A stretch of 64,000 nt of DNA. Origin: a bacterium. Its GTDB lineage: Bacteria; SAR324; XYD2-FULL-50-16; G965216635. The position numbers and the translations under genes were made by a program. Below, piece by piece: positions 58,326-64,000 of this stretch. Under the pieces are notes generated by a model. The model was not told where the DNA came from and searched no databases. It saw only the letters and a program-made list of their open reading frames with translations. The number at the start of each line of letters is the position of its first letter. The stretch's first letter is position 1. The DNA is taken from positions 672,001 through 736,000 of the forward strand of contig OZ244188.1 in assembly GCA_965216635.1 (NCBI GenBank), written 5' to 3'.

Positions 58326-60221
58326 ATGCATAATCTCAATCAAGAACAAAAAAAAGCCGTCTTATCTGAAAACAAACACACTATGGTTTTAGCAGGTGCG
58401 GGAACTGGCAAAACAAAAACTATTATTCATAAAATTATACACTTAATAGAAAAAAATAAAGTTTCTTCTAAAATAGCAGTTTTAACTTTCACACGCAAGG
58501 CAGCCAATGAGATTGTTCACAGATTATATGCTCGTTTAGGTGTGCGCTCCTCTTCTGTTTTTGCTAGCACTTTTCATCAATTTTGTCTTTTTAATATTCG
58601 CAAATACGATTCTTTTTTTGGTTTGCAAGCATATAGAATAATAGATGCAGAAGATCAAAGACAACTAATAAAATACGCTAGAGCAAATACTAAATTAAAA
58701 ATCAAAAATTCAGAAATTCTACAACTTATTTCTTACGCTAGAAATTCTGCCATTTCCATCCCTAACTACCTAGAAAAGTTTCCAAATTTTGCCAAGTTAG
58801 ATTTTGAAGAAATCAATGCTGAAATTATTCAAGTTTATGAAGGCTACAAAAAAGAAAAACAAAAAATGAAATATCTAGATTTTGACGACATTCTTGTTGT
58901 TTTCAGCCGAAAATTACAAGAAAATGAGAAATTCAGACAAGCTATTTCTCAATCTTTTAAAAATTTTTTAGTGGACGAAATGCAAGATACCAACCCCATC
59001 CAATGGAAAATTTTAGAATCTTTATCTCCTTACTGCTCTCTGTTTTGTGTAGGGGACGACGCCCAGAGTATCTATATGTTCAGAGGAGCTGATTTTCGCA
59101 ATGTGCAACATTTTACAAACCGTTTAAGCTCATCCGAATTGTTGCATTTAAATGAAAATTTTCGCTCTACACAGGAAATTTTAGATTTTACTAACTGGTT
59201 GCTGGAGCAGTCCGAATTGCCTTACAATAAAAAACTCAAAGCCTTTAGAGGAAGTGGTTTTAAACCTCAATTACACGATTTTTTTAACGAATGGGATGAA
59301 GCGGAATGGATTAGCGAGCAACTTATTAAAAATACTACGAGAGATTATCGCCTGTATCAACAGATGGTTTTAGTCAGAAGTGCTTGGAATGCCAGAAAAT
59401 TGGAAATTAAACTTATAGAAAAAGATGTGCCTTATACTTTTATCGGAGGCATCAACCTTATGTCTTCAGCCCATGTGAAAGATTTGCTGAGTTTGTTGCA
59501 ATCTGCCATTTTACCGCAAGACAATCTCGCTTGGCTTAGATATCTTACTCTTTGGCAAGGTATAGGCATTAAAGGAGCACAGAATATTTATCAAGAAATA
59601 ACCACCAATGTTGTAGAGCTTGGAAAAACAACAACAGAAGTAGTAGAACTTTTAGTAAAAAAATACCCAAAAAATCCAAAAATAGCAGAATTTATTGATA
59701 AGGTATTTCAAAAAATATCAAACCCTAAGGCGTGTATTGAATCTGCTGTCAATCTTTTAGAAACACTCCTTGCTGAAAAATACGACAACTGGGATTTGAG
59801 AAAAAAAGACTTTGAATTACTCATTAATATTGCCTCTAAATACACTTCGTTACAAAATTTCCTAGATACTTACGCCCTAGAGCCTATTTTTAATGATAGA
59901 GCTGGTAACGTCAAAGATAGAGTGATTCTTATTACAGTTCATAGTGCCAAAGGATTAGAGGCTTCTATTTGCTATTTGATGAAAGTGCAGCCTTTAGTCT
60001 ACCCGCATCAAAAATCTATGGGAGACTATGAAAAAGAAGAAGAAGAAAGAAGAATACTCTATGTTGCCATGACTAGAGCAAAAAACGAACTCTATATTAG
60101 CCGCTCTTTTGAAAATGCGGGGTATTTTGCTATAGTAGAGCCTTCACGAGATGAAAACCGCTACTTTTTAGAAAATGTGCCCCCAGAATTGGTAGATCAC
60201 CATCGCCATTTTCGCGATTAA
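58326..60221 (+). CDS. UvrD/PcrA/Rep-family SF1 DNA helicase
   Basis: AGAGTGKT, DEMQDTN, VGDDAQSIY-FRGA, NFRST, TVHSAKGLE, EERRILYVAMTRA. Confidence 0.95.
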   Translation: MHNLNQEQKKAVLSENKHTMVLAGAGTGKTKTIIHKIIHLIEKNKVSSKIAVLTFTRKAANEIVHRLYARLGVRSSSVFASTFHQFCLFNIRKYDSFFGLQAYRIIDAEDQRQLIKYARANTKLKIKNSEILQLISYARNSAISIPNYLEKFPNFAKLDFEEINAEIIQVYEGYKKEKQKMKYLDFDDILVVFSRKLQENEKFRQAISQSFKNFLVDEMQDTNPIQWKILESLSPYCSLFCVGDDAQSIYMFRGADFRNVQHFTNRLSSSELLHLNENFRSTQEILDFTNWLLEQSELPYNKKLKAFRGSGFKPQLHDFFNEWDEAEWISEQLIKNTTRDYRLYQQMVLVRSAWNARKLEIKLIEKDVPYTFIGGINLMSSAHVKDLLSLLQSAILPQDNLAWLRYLTLWQGIGIKGAQNIYQEITTNVVELGKTTTEVVELLVKKYPKNPKIAEFIDKVFQKISNPKACIESAVNLLETLLAEKYDNWDLRKKDFELLINIASKYTSLQNFLDTYALEPIFNDRAGNVKDRVILITVHSAKGLEASICYLMKVQPLVYPHQKSMGDYEKEEEERRILYVAMTRAKNELYISRSFENAGYFAIVEPSRDENRYFLENVPPELVDHHRHFRD

Positions 60222-60233
60222 ACAGAAAAAGAA

Positions 60234-60346
60234 CTGCAGGGGACATTTTTTTATCGGTAGATAAAAATGTGTCCCCGTTCTTGAAGAATATGTATTTGTG
60301 GGACGGGGACGCATTTTTTTCGTTGAAAAAAAAACATCCCCTACAG
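60234..60346. repeat. Pair of GGGGAC REP-like hairpins
   Basis: ctgcaggggacatttt...aaaatgtgtcccc and ggggacgcatttt...aaaacatcccctacag. Confidence 0.8.
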
Positions 60347-60422
60347 GTTTTTAAAAAAACGCTCTTAACAAAGACGCCCTTAAAAAAAGCTCCCTTATGA
60401 TAGGCATTTTCCAGAAGCTTCC

Positions 60423-61820
60423 TTAACGAAAGCGCCAGATGAATTTTATGCTAATGCTAGCGGGGTTTTTGATTTCTGCGGTTTGGTGGTGTTCCCTGGT
60501 CACAGTTTTTGTAGTGCTTGTAGTCGTTGTTCTGTTCACTCCGCTGGGAATCTTTGCGGTAACCACTATTCTAGTATCGTAGGGAGTGCTACCACTATAG
60601 CTTTCTACCGCCCGATAGTTTTTACTAGGAGTTCCACCTAGCCGGACCAGACCAAGGATGGCTCTCCTTTGGATAGTAGCACCAACAGTAGTTATAGGAG
60701 CAGAAGTAGTAATCGTAGGAGTAGAAATAATCTGGGCATCCTGCACCGCAAGATCTAGCCCTAGCCAAAACAAACCTACCTCTACTTGCAAGTTTTTTGT
60801 AATGGCTCGGTTGTAGGCAAAATGCAAGGCGGGTGCTGTGCCCGATGCCGATCCAAAAACTGTGCCTAGCTTTGCGCTCGCTAAACCCCCTCCTACAGAA
60901 AGACCGTAGGGTAGAAAGTAACGGGCTAAAAGCACTTGGGCTTGCAGCTTGTCGTCCCCTGCGCTCCATTGGAGTTGGTTGAAAGACAAGGAGTATTTTT
61001 CAAAGTTAAAACCGAACGAGATTCCTGTTCCCTTGAGTTTTGAGGTTTCTTCTGAGGTTTTGTCTGGTAGTTTTTCAGGTGGCTTGCCTGGGAGTAAGGT
61101 TGTCATTGGAGCAGAGGGAGATAAAGCTGACTCAAAAAAAGCTTTACAAAGAGGGACTGCTGCAGCTTGATCTGTTGTGCTGTTAATGTCAATGGCTGTT
61201 GCTGGTGTATCTATTAAGAGTTGCCTTAGAGCAGCTATATCACCTGTGAAGTTGTCCGTTGTGGCGTAGCTAATCAAAGAGACGGTAGGTGCTTTGAAGA
61301 AACCAGATTCTGGCATCGTAAAGGTGGGTATTGCACCGCTCTGACACAAGGATCTAGCATGACCTATTGCAGTAGCAACAGTTGCTAGGTTGTCAGGATT
61401 ACCATCGTTGTCCGGATTTCCACCAAATCTCCACCTGTGGGTTGTGGCATCTGAGTAAAAATTAGGCACAGTGGCGTCGTAGCTAGTAGCAGCTACTACC
61501 TCGCTTATTACTTCGCTTTCTACCGTCCTTTCCTCACCTGTTATCCTACTTGTTTTTTTGAGCTTTACATCCATCACAAAAGGACTAACACCAACAAACC
61601 AACCCTGCTGTCCTGTTTGTTTTCCTGCTTTTTCTCCTTCTTGGGCTTGCAGACTATTCGCCACACCTACAAGAGAAAAGACTAAAACCGCTAAAAGCAC
61701 AGCCTTAAACGAACCAGCACCCGATCCAGTAAAATTTTTACCAGTAATTTTACCTGTAATTTTATTTGTAATTTTATTTGGCGTTTTACCAGTAATTTTA
61801 CCTGTAATTTTATTTGACAT
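60423..61820 (-). CDS. Variable outer-membrane beta-barrel protein, paralog 3
   Basis: KITG-repeat leader, LQA|QE, GWFVGVSP, Cys pair, terminal strand ISIKFIWRFR. Confidence 0.8.
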   Translation of the reverse strand: MSNKITGKITGKTPNKITNKITGKITGKNFTGSGAGSFKAVLLAVLVFSLVGVANSLQAQEGEKAGKQTGQQGWFVGVSPFVMDVKLKKTSRITGEERTVESEVISEVVAATSYDATVPNFYSDATTHRWRFGGNPDNDGNPDNLATVATAIGHARSLCQSGAIPTFTMPESGFFKAPTVSLISYATTDNFTGDIAALRQLLIDTPATAIDINSTTDQAAAVPLCKAFFESALSPSAPMTTLLPGKPPEKLPDKTSEETSKLKGTGISFGFNFEKYSLSFNQLQWSAGDDKLQAQVLLARYFLPYGLSVGGGLASAKLGTVFGSASGTAPALHFAYNRAITKNLQVEVGLFWLGLDLAVQDAQIISTPTITTSAPITTVGATIQRRAILGLVRLGGTPSKNYRAVESYSGSTPYDTRIVVTAKIPSGVNRTTTTSTTKTVTREHHQTAEIKNPASISIKFIWRFR

Positions 61821-62071
61821 TTTGTTTTTTAATTTAAATTAAACACAGAAAAAAGAAAATATGGATCTTAAATCTATCTAAGAACCATCTAAAAACCATA
61901 GAATATTATAATTCTCCTTTAAAGTCAACACTCAAAAAACAATAAACCCAAATAAAAAAACAAATGCAGGTTGGGAAAAAAAAACATCCCCTACAGGTTT
62001 TAAAAAAACGCTCTTAACAGAATCGCCCTTAAAAAAAGCTCCCTTATGATAGGCATTTTCCAGAAGCTTCC

Positions 62072-63436
62072 TTAACGAAAGCGCCAGATGAATTTTATGC
62101 TAATGCTGGCGGGGTTTTTGATTTCTGCAGTTTGGTGGTGCTCCCTGGTCACAGTTTTTGTAGTGCTGGTAGTCGTTGTTGTGCTCACTTCACTGGGAAT
62201 CGTAGTAACCACTATTCTAGTATCGTAGGGAGAGCTACCACTATAGTTTTCTACCGCCCCATAGTTTTTACTAGGAGTTCCACCTAGCCGGACCAGACCA
62301 AGGATGGCTCTCCTTTGGATAGTAGCACCAACAGTAGTTATAGGAGCAGAAGTAGTAATCGTAGGAGTAGAAATAATCTGGGTATCCTGCACCGCAAGAT
62401 CTAGCCCTAGCCAAAACAAACCTACCTCTACTTGCAAGTTTTTTGTAATGGCTCGGTTGTAGGCAAAATGCAAGGCGGGTGCTGTGCCCGATGCCGATCC
62501 AAAAACTGTGCCTAGCTTTGCGCTCGCTAAACCCCCTCCTACAGAAAGACCGTAGGGTAGAAAGTAACGGGCTAAAAGCACTCGGGCTTGCAGCTTGTCG
62601 TCTCCTGCGCTCCATTGGAGTTGGTTGAAAGACAAGGAGTATTTTTCAAAGTTAAAACCGAACGAGATTCCTGTTCCCTTGAGTTTTGAAGTTTCTTCTG
62701 TGGTTTCTTCTGGTAGTGGTGTTGTGTTGTCTGAGACTGTGCGTGGCATTGAATCAGAAGTAGATAAACCAGACTCAAAAAAAGCTTTACAAAGAGGGAC
62801 TGCTGCAGCTTGATCTGTTGTGCTGTTAATGTTAATGGTTGTTGCTGGTGTATCTATTAAGAGTTGCCTTAGATCACCTGTGAAGTTGTCCGTTGTGGCG
62901 TAGCTAACCAAAGAGACGGTAGGTGCTTCGAATAAACCAGATTCTGGCATCGTAAAGGTGGGTATTGCACCGCTCTGACACAAGGATATAGCATGACCTA
63001 TTGCAGTAGCAACAGTTGCTAGGTTGTCAGGATTACCATCGTTGTCAGGATTTCCACCAAATCTCCACCTGTGGCTTGTGGCATCTGAGTAAAAATTAGG
63101 CACAGTGGCGTCGTAGATAGTAGCAGCTACTACCTCGCTTATTACTTCGCTTTCTACCGTCCTTTCCTCACCTGTTATCCTACTTGTTTTTTTGAGCTTT
63201 ACATCCATCACAAAAGGACTAACACCCACAAACCAACCCTGCTGTCCTGCTTGTTTTCCTGCTTGTTCTCCTTCTTGGGCTTGCAGACTATTCGCCACAC
63301 CTACAAGAGAAAAGACTAAAACCGCTAAAAGCACAGCCTTAAACGAACCTGCAAACCTACCAATAACCGAGCCATTAGCAGTAAAATTTTTACTATTCAT
63401 TTTACCAGTAATTTTACCTATAATTTTATTTGGCAT
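62072..63436 (-). CDS. Variable outer-membrane beta-barrel protein, paralog 4
   Basis: Close duplicate of paralog 3, with differences concentrated in the leader and inserts. Confidence 0.8.
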   Translation of the reverse strand: MPNKIIGKITGKMNSKNFTANGSVIGRFAGSFKAVLLAVLVFSLVGVANSLQAQEGEQAGKQAGQQGWFVGVSPFVMDVKLKKTSRITGEERTVESEVISEVVAATIYDATVPNFYSDATSHRWRFGGNPDNDGNPDNLATVATAIGHAISLCQSGAIPTFTMPESGLFEAPTVSLVSYATTDNFTGDLRQLLIDTPATTININSTTDQAAAVPLCKAFFESGLSTSDSMPRTVSDNTTPLPEETTEETSKLKGTGISFGFNFEKYSLSFNQLQWSAGDDKLQARVLLARYFLPYGLSVGGGLASAKLGTVFGSASGTAPALHFAYNRAITKNLQVEVGLFWLGLDLAVQDTQIISTPTITTSAPITTVGATIQRRAILGLVRLGGTPSKNYGAVENYSGSSPYDTRIVVTTIPSEVSTTTTTSTTKTVTREHHQTAEIKNPASISIKFIWRFR

Positions 63437-63608
63437 TTTAATTTTTAATTTAATGATTAAACATAAGAAAAATGGATCTTAAATCTATCTAAGAACCATC
63501 TAAAAACCATAGAATATTATAATTCTCCTTTAAAGGCAAGCCTAAAAAATATTTTTTTGATATTTTAATATTTTTGTAGTATATTTAGTATAAAACAAAA
63601 TATTTTTT

Positions 63609-64000
63609 ATGCAACAAATAAAATTTTACCCCTCACTGCTTGCTCCCCTACTACTAGGAGTTGTATTTTTCGCTTTTAATAGCGTCTATAGTTACAATTT
63701 TTACCATGTGAATAGTTTCAAAATAGCCTTTATGGGTTTTTTGATGATATTTCTTTTTGTGATCTATGACCTGCTCTTTGTGGGTTATAAAAAGGTTTGG
63801 AAACACGAAAATATCTCTGCATTTCGTTTTCCTTGGACGGAAGCTGTTTTGTATTTACTGCCAACTTTAGCTACTTTTCCCGGTTTATTTATTCATCTAG
63901 GCGAACATGTTAATTATAATTTCCGCTACGAACTAACCATCAGGTTGGTGATTTTGCTATGGTTAGTCTATGTAATTCGCTTTCTTAAATTAGGAAAAGA
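63609..64000 (+). CDS. Multi-pass membrane protein (5' part; runs off the window)
   Basis: ATG 63609, open frame to the window end: MQQIKFYPSLLAPLLLGVVFF...; several TM segments. Confidence 0.7.
   Translation, partial: MQQIKFYPSLLAPLLLGVVFFAFNSVYSYNFYHVNSFKIAFMGFLMIFLFVIYDLLFVGYKKVWKHENISAFRFPWTEAVLYLLPTLATFPGLFIHLGEHVNYNFRYELTIRLVILLWLVYVIRFLKLGK

Larger units (their letters stand above)
60326..63535 (-). repeat. About 1.6-kb tandem duplication (upstream region + OMP gene + 3' flank)
   Basis: About 60326-61924 matches about 61976-63535, including the upstream atggatcttaaatctatctaagaaccatc...ctcctttaaag block. Confidence 0.92.

Noticed and set aside
60625..60969. 114-aa alternative-frame ORF, also at 62271-62615
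   Set aside because: Shadow frame inside the OMP genes; its conservation is explained by the duplication.
60423..63436. Diversity-generating retroelement template/variable repeat pair
   Set aside because: Differences are not adenine-specific, include indels and synonymous changes, and no reverse transcriptase is in the window.
1..64000. tRNA, rRNA, autonomous transposase or prophage genes
   Set aside because: None recognised by inspection; short or divergent RNAs could be missed without covariance searches.

Overview
AT-rich Gram-negative bacterial chromosome segment, probably from a host-associated organism; the lineage cannot be fixed from sequence alone. The housekeeping backbone includes mltG, a ferredoxin-NADP reductase (FNR), ppiD-like, deoC-udp, ccmB, a GT9 heptosyltransferase, oppDF-like ATPases, pfk, rpoB-rpoC, ahcY, lspA, aas, cobB, yggT, cca, gmhB, prfB with its +1 frameshift, tatB and a UvrD-family helicase. 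Many of these are detached from their usual operons. Most larger intergenic gaps hold a copy of a modular, palindromic, non-autonomous repeat family (MITE/RPE-like; ends AGAC(C/T)TTTGAATT...AATTCAAA(G/A)GTCT; about 7-bp target duplications), and several copies supply stop codons or C-termini to host genes. The most notable feature is a family of four paralogous outer-membrane beta-barrel proteins with a conserved frame, two large variable inserts and mosaic ends; three have a GGGGA(C/T) hairpin motif downstream. Two of these genes lie in a 3.3-kb insertion bounded by repeat ends, and removing it restores a tight FNR-ppiD junction. Also present: two Panacea (SocA/DUF4065) antitoxin + small membrane protein modules, a liv-type ABC / Tm-1-like / TIM-barrel block next to a truncated methyltransferase, and many 12-15 bp tandem micro-duplications. 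No rRNA, tRNA, CRISPR array or transposase was recognised.
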